NCBI GenBank assembly: GCA_965368975.1 | Contig: CBDUPA010000002.1 | Span: 448,001 to 512,000 of the forward strand | DNA: 64,000 bases | Reading direction: 5' to 3' | Source of the DNA: an uncultured bacterium | Lineage (GTDB): Bacteria; Acidobacteriota; Thermoanaerobaculia; Multivoradales; JAHZIX01 | Part shown: positions 34,338-43,105 of the stretch, piece after piece | Layout of the letters: every line of letters starts with the position of its first letter | Position numbering within the stretch: position 1 is the stretch's first letter | Position numbers and translations under genes: made by a program | The notes under the pieces: model-generated | Databases searched by the model: none | Seen by the model: the letters and a program-made list of their open reading frames with translations, nothing else | Told to the model about the DNA's origin: nothing

Positions 34338-35627
34338 CTACCTGGGATAGCCGCCGTCGGAGTGCTGTCGATCCTTCCAGGCGACCCCACCCTGGAAGGT
34401 CCACGCATGCTCCGGCGCATAGACGCCGGCGCTCTTGCGTGGTGCCTCGACGGTGAAGCCGAGCGCACCCTCTCGGTAGTCGTAGGGCGCACCGTCGCGG
34501 GCGTGTACGGCCACGTCGAGCCGGTACTCGCCGGCGGCCAGGCGCAGCGCCGGACAGCGCACACGCACCCGCACGTCGCCGTCGAAACGGTCCGGCACCA
34601 ACCCAGCCAACTCGGTGTTCGTGCCCCAACAGTCGACGCCGCGCGGCGTCGCGATGTTGACGCCAAAGACGAAATCGTCCAGCGGCACGCGGGCCCGCGC
34701 GTCAATCTCGATCTCCACGGCCTCGCCGCTGGTGAAGAGGTAACGCTCGCCCCCCTCGCTGCCGCGCAGCGTCACATTGACGATCTCAGCCTCGCGCGAA
34801 CCCCAGCGCCGCCCCTCTTCGCCCTCAGCCTCGGCCTCGGCCTGCGTCCTGACCTTGTCATCCTGGTGCATACGCCCTTCGGCCTGAGCGACAGCGTGAC
34901 GGTAGGCGTCGACCACTCGCCGCGGCTCGCCCAGCTCACGGGGCACGCCCCGATCGAGCCAGAGCACGCGGTCGCACAGGTCGAGCACCAGATCCAGGGA
35001 GTGGCTGACAAAGAGTACGGTGGCCCCTTTGGACAGCATCTCTTCGATGCGCCGCAAGCAGCGATGGGCGAAAGCCTCATCACCGACCGCCAAAACCTCG
35101 TCGACCAGCAAGACATCTGGATCCGTGTGGACGGCAACCGCGAAGCCGAGGCGCACATACATACCGGAAGAGTAGTTCTTGACCGGCTCTTCCATGAACT
35201 CACCGAGACCGGAGAACTCGACGATCTCGTCATAGCGGCGATCGAGCTCCTTGCGACTCAACCCGAGCAAGGTTCCGTTGATGTAGAGGTTCTCCCGCCC
35301 CGAGATTTCGGGGTGGAACCCAGCGCCAAGTTCGATCAGCGCCGCCAGACGGCCATCGACCTCGACGCTCCCCTCGGTGGGCTGCAGGATGCCGGCCACC
35401 GTCTTGAGTAGCGTCGACTTACCTGACCCATTGCCGCCCACGACGCCGAAGGCCTCGCCGCGGCCGACCTCGAAGTTGACCTCGGACAGCGCTCGGATCG
35501 CCTCCCCCTGGCGCAGACCGCGCGTGAGATTGCCGTCGAGCAGGGCACTCTTCAGTGTCCGCAGCTGCGCACCCGGCACCATCCGGCGGTAGAGCTTGGT
35601 CAATCCCTGGACGCGGATCACACTCAT
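34338..35627 (-). CDS. wzt: Polysaccharide ABC exporter ATPase with C-terminal Wzt_C domain
   Basis: GGNGSGKST, YSSGMYVRLGF, DEVLAVGD, VSH. Confidence 0.9.
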   Translation of the reverse strand: MSVIRVQGLTKLYRRMVPGAQLRTLKSALLDGNLTRGLRQGEAIRALSEVNFEVGRGEAFGVVGGNGSGKSTLLKTVAGILQPTEGSVEVDGRLAALIELGAGFHPEISGRENLYINGTLLGLSRKELDRRYDEIVEFSGLGEFMEEPVKNYSSGMYVRLGFAVAVHTDPDVLLVDEVLAVGDEAFAHRCLRRIEEMLSKGATVLFVSHSLDLVLDLCDRVLWLDRGVPRELGEPRRVVDAYRHAVAQAEGRMHQDDKVRTQAEAEAEGEEGRRWGSREAEIVNVTLRGSEGGERYLFTSGEAVEIEIDARARVPLDDFVFGVNIATPRGVDCWGTNTELAGLVPDRFDGDVRVRVRCPALRLAAGEYRLDVAVHARDGAPYDYREGALGFTVEAPRKSAGVYAPEHAWTFQGGVAWKDRQHSDGGYPR

Positions 35628-35639
35628 GGCAGCTGTCTC

Positions 35640-36449
35640 CTAGGCCAACTCGACCAGCGTCTCGCGCAGACGCGCGAACAACCACGCGCCGCAGGCGAGA
35701 GCGACGAGACTGATCGACAACATCTGCAGCCATAGCCAGGCACCGGGAACGGTGCCGTCGACCAGCACTTGTTGGTAGGCCATGGTGTAGGGCGTGAAGG
35801 GATTGAAGAGAATCGCCCGACGCAGCAAGAGCACAGGAATCTGCTCCAACGGATAGAGGATCGGCGTCAAGAAGAAGAGCAGGGTCAGGACGTTGGCGAG
35901 CAGATCCTTGACGTCGCGGAACAGCGCATTCAGCGCTGCCAGACCGAGGGTCAAGCCGGCGACCATCGGCAGCTGGATCACCATCACCAGCGGCAACAGC
36001 AGCATCCCCCAGCCGCCAGCCTGGAGGCCGAGCATGCGCGCACCGGCAAGGGCCAGCAGCAGGATCGGCAGCGCGTACAAGAAGTGCACCAAGTGCGTCA
36101 GCACGACTACCAGCGGCGGCAGTTCGACGGGAAAGACCGCCTTGCGAATCAGGGCCGAGTGCGTGGTCAACGACACCGCGCCCTCCAGCAAGGAACTGGA
36201 GACCCAGATCCAGGGAAACAGGCCAGCGACCAGGAACAGCGGGTACAGTCCCTGCGCACCACCGCGCAGCTCCCCGCCGGCAAAGATGACGCCGAACACC
36301 AGGGTGTACACAGCCGTCAACAGCAGCGGATTGACCAGCGACCAGAAAAAGCCGAGAACCGACCCGCGGTACCGTGCCTTGATCTCCCGCTGCGTGAGCG
36401 TGAAGAGCAGGGCTCGGTGCCGCACGATCTGGCTTAGGCTGCGCAACAT
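35640..36449 (-). CDS. wzm: Polysaccharide ABC exporter permease
   Basis: REIKARYRGSVLGFFWSLVNPL, FLTPILYP, NPFT. Confidence 0.9.
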   Translation of the reverse strand: MLRSLSQIVRHRALLFTLTQREIKARYRGSVLGFFWSLVNPLLLTAVYTLVFGVIFAGGELRGGAQGLYPLFLVAGLFPWIWVSSSLLEGAVSLTTHSALIRKAVFPVELPPLVVVLTHLVHFLYALPILLLALAGARMLGLQAGGWGMLLLPLVMVIQLPMVAGLTLGLAALNALFRDVKDLLANVLTLLFFLTPILYPLEQIPVLLLRRAILFNPFTPYTMAYQQVLVDGTVPGAWLWLQMLSISLVALACGAWLFARLRETLVELA

Positions 36450-36479
36450 GTGGTGGAACTCTTACGGAACTTCAGATGC

Positions 36480-36509
36480 AAAAGGCCCCTCCCGCTGACG
36501 GGAGAGGCC
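36480..36509 (-). terminator. Rho-independent terminator downstream of the solute-binding protein gene
   Basis: Minus strand GGCCTCTCCCG-TCAG-CGGGAGGGGCC followed by TTTT. Confidence 0.65.
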
Positions 36510-36539
36510 GGTGCCAGGCTTCGCAAGCCGGCGTCGTCT

Positions 36540-36582
36540 TCGGTGCGGTGCTCGGCGCGATGCTCGGTGCGATGCTCGGTGA
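36540..36582. repeat. Imperfect 12-bp intergenic tandem repeat
   Basis: cggtgcggtgct / cggcgcgatgct / cggtgcgatgct / cggtga. Confidence 0.7.
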
Positions 36583-36597
36583 AGCGCGCCAGGCGGC

Positions 36598-37800
36598 TCA
36601 GCCGTCGCTGCCGCTGACCAGCTCGCGCCGCTCGTTCTGAATCTGCTGGTACTGGCGCAACAGGATTTCTCGCTGTTCCTTGACCCAGACTTCGTGGTCG
36701 ACCGCCTTGCCTTCGACGATCAGGTAGACGCGCGGCCACTTCTGGACATCGCCCTTCTCGTCGAACTGCAGGATGCCGGTAGCGCCCTGCAGATCGCCCA
36801 GGCTGCGAAGGCCGCGCCAGAAGTTGGTCGGACGGTCGGCCCCCTTCTGCAGGGCCTGGCAGAACACCAGCATCGCATCGTACCCGTGCGCGGCGTAGAT
36901 GTCCGGCTTTTCGCCATACTGCGCTTCATAGGTGCTGACGAAGTTGGTCAGGCGCTCCGTGTCCGGGTTGCTCGGATCATAGGGCGGATGGGTGATGTAA
37001 ACCCCTTCGCCCGCCTCGCCAGCGGCCGTGATCGACTCCTGGGTGGCGAACGCCGAGACGGTGAGAACGCGACCTTCGAAGCCTTTCTCACTGAGCAGCT
37101 TGATCTGCTCGACCAAGACATCCGCGTAGTCCGCCAGGTAGACGGCATCGGGGTTCAGCTCGACGACGCGATCGACCAGGGCGCTGAAGTCCTGGGTGTC
37201 CTTGGGATACTCGATCGCCTCCAGCACCTGGCCACCGTTCTGCTCGAAGGAGCTGGCGAACACCGCCTGGATGCCCTTGGCGTACTCGGACTCGGCTGCC
37301 AGCGTCACGGCGGTCTCGAGGTTGATCTTCTGACGCGCGTACTCGCCCATCTTCATACCTTCGCGGTAGTCCGAAGGCCAGACGCGGTAGAAGAGACGCG
37401 AGATGCCGGTCAGATCCGGGGTCGAGGCCGACGGCGAGAGCAGCACGCGGTTGTACTCATCCGCCACCTGCACCATGGCCCGGGCTTCGGGTGTGGTGAC
37501 ACCGCCGATAACCGCCCAGGCGCCTGCGCTGTATTCCTGCCCCAGGACCTCTTTGGCCCGTTCAGGGTTGCTCTCGGAGTCGAGAACTTCCAGCTGAATC
37601 GCCGGAGCACCTTCGTCCGCCTGACACTCGGCCAGCCCGACATCGATGCCGCGGCGGATCACTTCGCCGTAGTTCTGCCACTCACCGGAGAGCGGCAACA
37701 CAGCGCCTAGGCGGACGGTGTCCTGCCCCGGGCAACCGGTTAGAAAGAGAGCCGCGACCAGGCACAGCGCCAGCAGTGCGAGTCCGTTTCGGATACTCAT
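36598..37800 (-). CDS. Branched-chain amino acid (Leu/Ile/Val-type) periplasmic binding fold lipoprotein
   Basis: Lipobox LTGC, LGAVLPLSG, AAHGYDA, GATGILQFDEKGD. Confidence 0.85.
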   Translation of the reverse strand: MSIRNGLALLALCLVAALFLTGCPGQDTVRLGAVLPLSGEWQNYGEVIRRGIDVGLAECQADEGAPAIQLEVLDSESNPERAKEVLGQEYSAGAWAVIGGVTTPEARAMVQVADEYNRVLLSPSASTPDLTGISRLFYRVWPSDYREGMKMGEYARQKINLETAVTLAAESEYAKGIQAVFASSFEQNGGQVLEAIEYPKDTQDFSALVDRVVELNPDAVYLADYADVLVEQIKLLSEKGFEGRVLTVSAFATQESITAAGEAGEGVYITHPPYDPSNPDTERLTNFVSTYEAQYGEKPDIYAAHGYDAMLVFCQALQKGADRPTNFWRGLRSLGDLQGATGILQFDEKGDVQKWPRVYLIVEGKAVDHEVWVKEQREILLRQYQQIQNERRELVSGSDG

Positions 37801-37867
37801 AACTATCCCTTCCGAATGTCGATCGTGCTTGAGTCGTTTTTCATGCATAACTCTTCACCACCGGCCG

Positions 37868-37896
37868 TTTCTAACTCAGGGTACCAACCCTGTCAA
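37868..37896 (-). promoter_or_regulatory. Putative sigma70 promoter of the binding-protein gene
   Basis: Minus strand TTGACA-N17-TAGAAA. Confidence 0.45.
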
Positions 37897-37922
37897 GTTG
37901 AGTCACAGGGACAGGTCGCGAC

Positions 37923-39104
37923 TCAGGTACCGCGCAGCGCCGTCGCCACGGGCTGGCGCGCGGCCTGGATGGCGGGCAACAGGCCGCCGAGCAAGCCTAT
38001 GAGCAAGGCGTAGAAGATGCCCCGCAGCAACAGCTCCGGCGTCACAGCAAAAGCGAAGGTCACCTGACTGAAGGTCTGCCAGTTCATGGTCGCGGCCTGG
38101 TAGCCGTTGAACCCAAGATAGGCCAGCACGCCCCCGACCGTGCCGCCGAGCGCCGCGAGCACCAGGGATTCGACCAGGATCGACACCACGACCGGAAACC
38201 TAGTGAAACCGAGCGCGCGCAGCGTCGCAATCTCGGTGCTACGGCTGGCAACCGCCGAGTACATGGTGATCAAGGCGCCGAAGATGGCACCTAGGCCCAT
38301 CAGGAAGGCGACAACACCACCAACCATCGACACCAGGCCAACCAGGACTTCCGACTGCTGCGCGTAATAGGTGTCCGTGGCAAAGACATCGACGTCGAGA
38401 CGCGGGTCCGAGGTCAGCGCATCCTTGAACGGGCCAAAGTCGTCGACCGACTCGAGGCGCGCATACACCGATTGAAAACTGTTACCGCGCCGGTAGGCGG
38501 GCTGGAGCACCTTGGCATCGCACCACAGCTCACTCTCTTCTACCGCGCCACCGACACTGAAGACGCCGACCACGGTCCAGCTGCTCTGACCGAGTTCGAG
38601 CTTCGAGCCCAGGTCGACATCGAACTCGCGCAGCGCCCCGACGCCCACGACCACCTCGTTGCGCCCCGGCGTGAAACGCCGTCCGTCCACGATCTCGACG
38701 TTGTCGCGCACCTCGAAGGCCTCGGTCTGCACCCCGCGCAGCGGCACGTTGGCATCGGTGCCCGTTCCGCGCTTGGGCAAGTTGATGATGACGAAAAGCT
38801 CCGAGGACGCCAGCGGGTTGCCATCGGTGTCGCGGGCCAGTCCGGGCGCGTCGGCGATGATCCGGGTGCTGTCCTGACTCAGACCGCTGGTCATCTCGCT
38901 CTCGCTACCGGCGCGCAGCACGATGGCGAGGTCTGGCGAGCCCGCGGTGTTCATGGTCGCCTGCACACCGGCGGCGATCGACAGCATGGCGACGAAGACG
39001 GCTACGACACCGGCGACACCAACGGCAGCGACGGTCGACGGGCCGAGACGCTGAGGCAGGCTCTGCAGACTGATGCGAGTGACTGCCAGGATTTGTTTGA
39101 GCAT
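37923..39104 (-). CDS. ABC transporter permease (MacB/FtsX family)
   Basis: N-terminal TM, periplasmic domain, RSTEIATLRALGF. Start MLKQIL. Confidence 0.88.
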   Translation of the reverse strand: MLKQILAVTRISLQSLPQRLGPSTVAAVGVAGVVAVFVAMLSIAAGVQATMNTAGSPDLAIVLRAGSESEMTSGLSQDSTRIIADAPGLARDTDGNPLASSELFVIINLPKRGTGTDANVPLRGVQTEAFEVRDNVEIVDGRRFTPGRNEVVVGVGALREFDVDLGSKLELGQSSWTVVGVFSVGGAVEESELWCDAKVLQPAYRRGNSFQSVYARLESVDDFGPFKDALTSDPRLDVDVFATDTYYAQQSEVLVGLVSMVGGVVAFLMGLGAIFGALITMYSAVASRSTEIATLRALGFTRFPVVVSILVESLVLAALGGTVGGVLAYLGFNGYQAATMNWQTFSQVTFAFAVTPELLLRGIFYALLIGLLGGLLPAIQAARQPVATALRGT

Positions 39105-39150
39105 GGGATGATCTCCTCTTCTGCCTCTAAGACAGTTCTGCCAGCAAGAT

Positions 39151-40299
39151 TCAGTCGCGCCGCAGCGCTTCAGCGACCTGTAGACGCTTCGCTTGCAGAC
39201 CCGGTACCAAGCCGATGACGACGCCGAAGACCAGTACCAGGACGCCTCCCAGAACCAGCTTCTGCGCCGGAATGTAGAACACCGGCAGCGCACCGCCGGT
39301 CGGATCGCCACCCAGCGTCAGCACCCAGGCCGTCAGCAGACCCAGGCCACCACCGAGCACCGCCAACAGGCACGACTCCGCGAGGACCATCGCCAAGACA
39401 CCAGCATCGGTGAAGCCGATCGCCTTGAGCACCGCCAGTTCGTTGGTGCGCTCGCGAACCGCTTGCGCCATGGTGTTGCCCACCACCAGCAGCAAGAGGA
39501 AGAAGACCACGGACAACACCGCGCGCACGATGGCGCCGATGTCCCCGATCTGCTTGGCGAAGGCTTGGACGAAGGCGAGTTCCGTCGCGGTGCTGGTCTC
39601 CGCCGACGAGTTGGCGAACATCGCATCGATCTGCTCAGCGATCTCTTCGGATCGCTCGGGCTCGTCGACGGTCACCACGTACCAACCCGCCAGGCCCGGA
39701 CCGCCGGAGACTTCGTCGAGGTAGTCGTAGTGGAAGAAGAAGCCGGTCAGATCCGTATTCTTGTCGTCGCTGTCGTAGATCCCTACCAGCTCGAATTCCC
39801 AGGCCGACGCATCCTGCTTGCGCCAGATGGTGCCCATGATCGGCACGATGTCGCCGACCTCCCAGCCGTAGCGTTCCGCCAGCACGCGTCCTGCAACGGC
39901 GCCGCGACGCGTGCGCTGCCAGGCTGCTTGCTGATCCTCCGGCACCTGGTACTCCGGGTACGACTGCAGGAACTCCTCCGGCTCGACGGCGATGCGGGCG
40001 AAGAAGTTCTTCGGATCTTGGTAGACACCGCCGAACCACGTCTGGTGGCTAGCGACGGACACGCCCTCGATGCGACCGATGCGCTCTTTGTAGCTGACGG
40101 GGAGCAACTGGATGAGCGACACCTTGTGCCGCACGACCAGGCGATCGTTGCCCGCCAGGCTGACACCGGCATCGAAGGCCTGCTGCACGGCGGCCAACAA
40201 GCCGAAGAGCAGGAAGGCGACGAAGATACAGCCGAAGGCCAGGATGACTCGCAGCGGCCGGCGGCGCAGGTTCGCCCAGAGCAGGCCAAGGTACTTCAT
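39151..40299 (-). CDS. ABC transporter permease (MacB/FtsX family)
   Basis: ERTNELAVLKAIGF motif, four-TM layout. Confidence 0.88.
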   Translation of the reverse strand: MKYLGLLWANLRRRPLRVILAFGCIFVAFLLFGLLAAVQQAFDAGVSLAGNDRLVVRHKVSLIQLLPVSYKERIGRIEGVSVASHQTWFGGVYQDPKNFFARIAVEPEEFLQSYPEYQVPEDQQAAWQRTRRGAVAGRVLAERYGWEVGDIVPIMGTIWRKQDASAWEFELVGIYDSDDKNTDLTGFFFHYDYLDEVSGGPGLAGWYVVTVDEPERSEEIAEQIDAMFANSSAETSTATELAFVQAFAKQIGDIGAIVRAVLSVVFFLLLLVVGNTMAQAVRERTNELAVLKAIGFTDAGVLAMVLAESCLLAVLGGGLGLLTAWVLTLGGDPTGGALPVFYIPAQKLVLGGVLVLVFGVVIGLVPGLQAKRLQVAEALRRD

Positions 40300-41012
40300 G
40301 CCGCGGCTCCCAGCTTGCCTTTGTCCAAGTGCAACACACGAGTCGCGCGCTCGGCAGCGGCCGGGTCGTGCGTGACCATGATGATGGTCTTGCCGTGCTC
40401 CTGGTTCAGCGCCTGCAGCAAGTCCAGGATTTCGTCACCACTCTGACGGTCGAGGTCGCCTGTGGGCTCGTCGCACAGCAGTAGCGTTGGATCTGTGACG
40501 ATGGCGCGGGCAATACCCACGCGCTGGGCCTGACCACCAGAAAGCTGGCGCGGATAGTGGTTCGCACGGTCCGACAGGCCGACCAGCGCCAGCGCGGTTT
40601 CTACCTGACGCTTGCGGCGACTGCCATTGAGTGACGTCAGCAGCAAGGGCAGCTCGACGTTGCGCTCGGCGTTGAGCACCGGCATCAGGTTGTAGAACTG
40701 AAAGATGAAGCCAACGTGGCGCGAGCGCCAGCGGGCCAGCTGCGAGTCGCTGAGCGCGCTGATGCGCTCCCGACCTACGTGGACCTCGCCACGGCTCGGT
40801 CGATCGAGGCCACCGATCAGGTTCAGCAAGGTGCTCTTGCCGGAACCGGACGGTCCCATCAACGCCAGGAACTCACCGCTCTGCACGTCGAGATCGAGGC
40901 CATCGAGCACGTCGATGCGCTCGGATCCGCGGTGATAGATCTTGTGCACGTCGCGCACCTTCACCAGCGTGTCTTTGGAAAGGCCTTCACCGGAAGAGAT
41001 CGTCTCAGACAT
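40296..41012 (-). CDS. ABC transporter ATP-binding protein (MacB/LolD type)
   Basis: GPSGSGKST, LSGGQ, DEPTGDLD, VTHD. Confidence 0.92.
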   Translation of the reverse strand: MSETISSGEGLSKDTLVKVRDVHKIYHRGSERIDVLDGLDLDVQSGEFLALMGPSGSGKSTLLNLIGGLDRPSRGEVHVGRERISALSDSQLARWRSRHVGFIFQFYNLMPVLNAERNVELPLLLTSLNGSRRKRQVETALALVGLSDRANHYPRQLSGGQAQRVGIARAIVTDPTLLLCDEPTGDLDRQSGDEILDLLQALNQEHGKTIIMVTHDPAAAERATRVLHLDKGKLGAAA

Positions 41013-41034
41013 AGCAACTCCTCTGCATTGCGAT

Positions 41035-42288
41035 TCAATCCACTCGTACGCGTGCACCGTCCACCAACTCGACGGGTGGATCGACGACCACTCGGTCGGC
41101 CGCGGTGACCCCCGCCAGCACCACGACGCGCTCGCCGCGTCCAGCGCCACCGCGCTCGGCTCCGAGACGCACCGCGCGCCGCTCGACTCGATCCCCGCGC
41201 AGCACGAAGACGACTTGCGCTCCATTCTCGTCGCGCACCGCGGCGCTCGGCATCAACAGCTCAGACGACGCCTCGGCGCTGGTGTCAGCGCTCTCAGCCT
41301 CGCTCTCGGCATCCAGGAAAGCAACCTTGATCCCCATGTCCGGCAGGATGCGAGCGTCCAGTTCCTGGAAGCGGATACGCACCATCACCGTCGCCTTCTG
41401 CCGGTCGGCGGTGGGCACCGGAGTGATGACTTCTGCCGGTATCTGCCAGTCGGGGTAGGCATCGAGCGTCGCCAACACGGGCTGGCCCGATTGCACGCGG
41501 TTGATATACGCCTCGTTGACATCGACCTCGATCTCCAGCGAGCTCATGTCGACGACGGTACAGACACCGGTTCGAGTGAAACCACCGCCGGCACTGACCG
41601 GCGAGATCATCTCGCCCGGCTGCGCGTCCTTGGTCACCACGACACCATCGAAGGGCGCCCGAATCACAGTGTCCTCCAGCTCTTGCTGGCGCAGGGCCAA
41701 ACGGCCAGCGGCGACGTCGATCTGCTGCCGGGCCTGCTCGAGTCGGGCCTGGAGCGCGTCCACTTCGGCCTGAGCGCGGTCCAGTTCGGCACGCGCCGAG
41801 GCGTCGGCCGCGGTCAGCCGCTGCTGGCGGCCCAGCTCCAGGCGGGCCTCGTCCAACCGCACCTCGATCTCGGGCAGGACCCGGTGCGCGGCGTCCAGCT
41901 CAGCACGCGCCAGGGTCAGCTGACGCTGCACCGTGCTGGCGTCGAGGCGCGCCAGAACCTGCCCTTGACGCACCGCCAGACCCTCGTCGACCAGCACCTC
42001 GACAATCTTCCCTGTCACCTTGGACGAAACGACCGCGCGACGCCGTGCGGTGACGTAGCCGGAAGCGTCGAGCACTGCTCCGGCGGCGGCCGCCTGGTCC
42101 GCGCTGACCTCGACCACTGCCGCGGTCTCCACTGGCAACACCGGGGGCCGCTGCCACCAGTACCAAACCGCGGCCGCCAGCACGGCGACCAGCAGCAGCC
42201 CGACCCAGAGGCCGGTCCGAGACCGTCTCGACGTGTCTTCGTCGGAGCGGTCGATACGCAGATCGTCGATCGAAGGTGTACTGGCCAT
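41035..42288 (-). CDS. Periplasmic adaptor (MacA/HlyD-type membrane fusion protein)
   Basis: TM, SSKVTGKI, coiled hairpin, IRAPFDGVV. Confidence 0.9.
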   Translation of the reverse strand: MASTPSIDDLRIDRSDEDTSRRSRTGLWVGLLLVAVLAAAVWYWWQRPPVLPVETAAVVEVSADQAAAAGAVLDASGYVTARRRAVVSSKVTGKIVEVLVDEGLAVRQGQVLARLDASTVQRQLTLARAELDAAHRVLPEIEVRLDEARLELGRQQRLTAADASARAELDRAQAEVDALQARLEQARQQIDVAAGRLALRQQELEDTVIRAPFDGVVVTKDAQPGEMISPVSAGGGFTRTGVCTVVDMSSLEIEVDVNEAYINRVQSGQPVLATLDAYPDWQIPAEVITPVPTADRQKATVMVRIRFQELDARILPDMGIKVAFLDAESEAESADTSAEASSELLMPSAAVRDENGAQVVFVLRGDRVERRAVRLGAERGGAGRGERVVVLAGVTAADRVVVDPPVELVDGARVRVD

Positions 42289-42498
42289 GATGTCTCCCTG
42301 CCGCCACCCGAAGCCGCGGTGGCATCCGGAGACTGGCCCCAGTCTCTGGGGATACCAGCCTTCGGGCCCGCTGTCTCGCCAGCATCACATGCGAGAGCGT
42401 TTCAATTCGGGGGTCAGCTGATGATTCTGAGCAAGCAAGTACGGCTCACGGCCGCTCGGGTTGCGGTGGGCTCCGAGGAAGCCTCGCGACGCGCGCGC

Positions 42499-42882
42499 TC
42501 AGGGCTCGTAGATGGCGCAGGAGGTATCCGTCTCCCACACCTCCACACGCCGCACCTGGACGCGCCCAGCCGCCGACTCCATGGTCCCGATGCGCCGCGC
42601 TACTTCGTCGTAGATGTGACCACTGATCAGCTCGGCGGTCGTGTTCACCCGGTCGAAGGGCTCGAGCTCGTTGAGCACGTGGTGATCGAAAGGATCCAGG
42701 ATCTCCTTCATCACCGCCTTGAGATCCTGGAAGTCCAGCACCATGCCCAGCGCATCGAGCTGACGCGCGCTCAAGTGCACGCGCACGCGATAGTTGTGGC
42801 CATGCAGATTCTGACACCCGCGAGTGTGGCCACGAATGAAGTGGGCGGCGCTGAAGGAGAATTCTTTGAAGACGGTGTACAT
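42499..42882 (-). CDS. queD: 6-carboxy-5,6,7,8-tetrahydropterin synthase
   Basis: FSAAH, CQNLHGHNY, DHHVLN, TTAE, WET. Confidence 0.88.
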   Translation of the reverse strand: MYTVFKEFSFSAAHFIRGHTRGCQNLHGHNYRVRVHLSARQLDALGMVLDFQDLKAVMKEILDPFDHHVLNELEPFDRVNTTAELISGHIYDEVARRIGTMESAAGRVQVRRVEVWETDTSCAIYEP

Positions 42883-43105
42883 GGGGAATACAAGCCTCTG
42901 GCGGCCTCGGGCCCTATTGTAGCGGCAATGCCCATTGTAGCTGGGAATGGCAGAGCCCGGGAGGCTGTTGCACTAGACGAGCGAGATGTCAGGAGTTGCT
43001 CTCGCTCCGGAGGCCGTACCTCGTTCTCTCCGGCAATCTCCAACAACTCCTTCTCCTCCCATGCCCGGGCCGAAGTCTCCCTCCTCGGTCCGGGCAGTTT
43101 TGTGC

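Noticed and set aside
36540-36582. CRISPR-like repeat
   Set aside because: 12-bp contiguous units without spacers, and no cas genes.
37923-42288. MacAB-like exporter as a dedicated cluster transporter
   Set aside because: A common four-gene module more than 13 kb from any synthetase gene, with no linking evidence.
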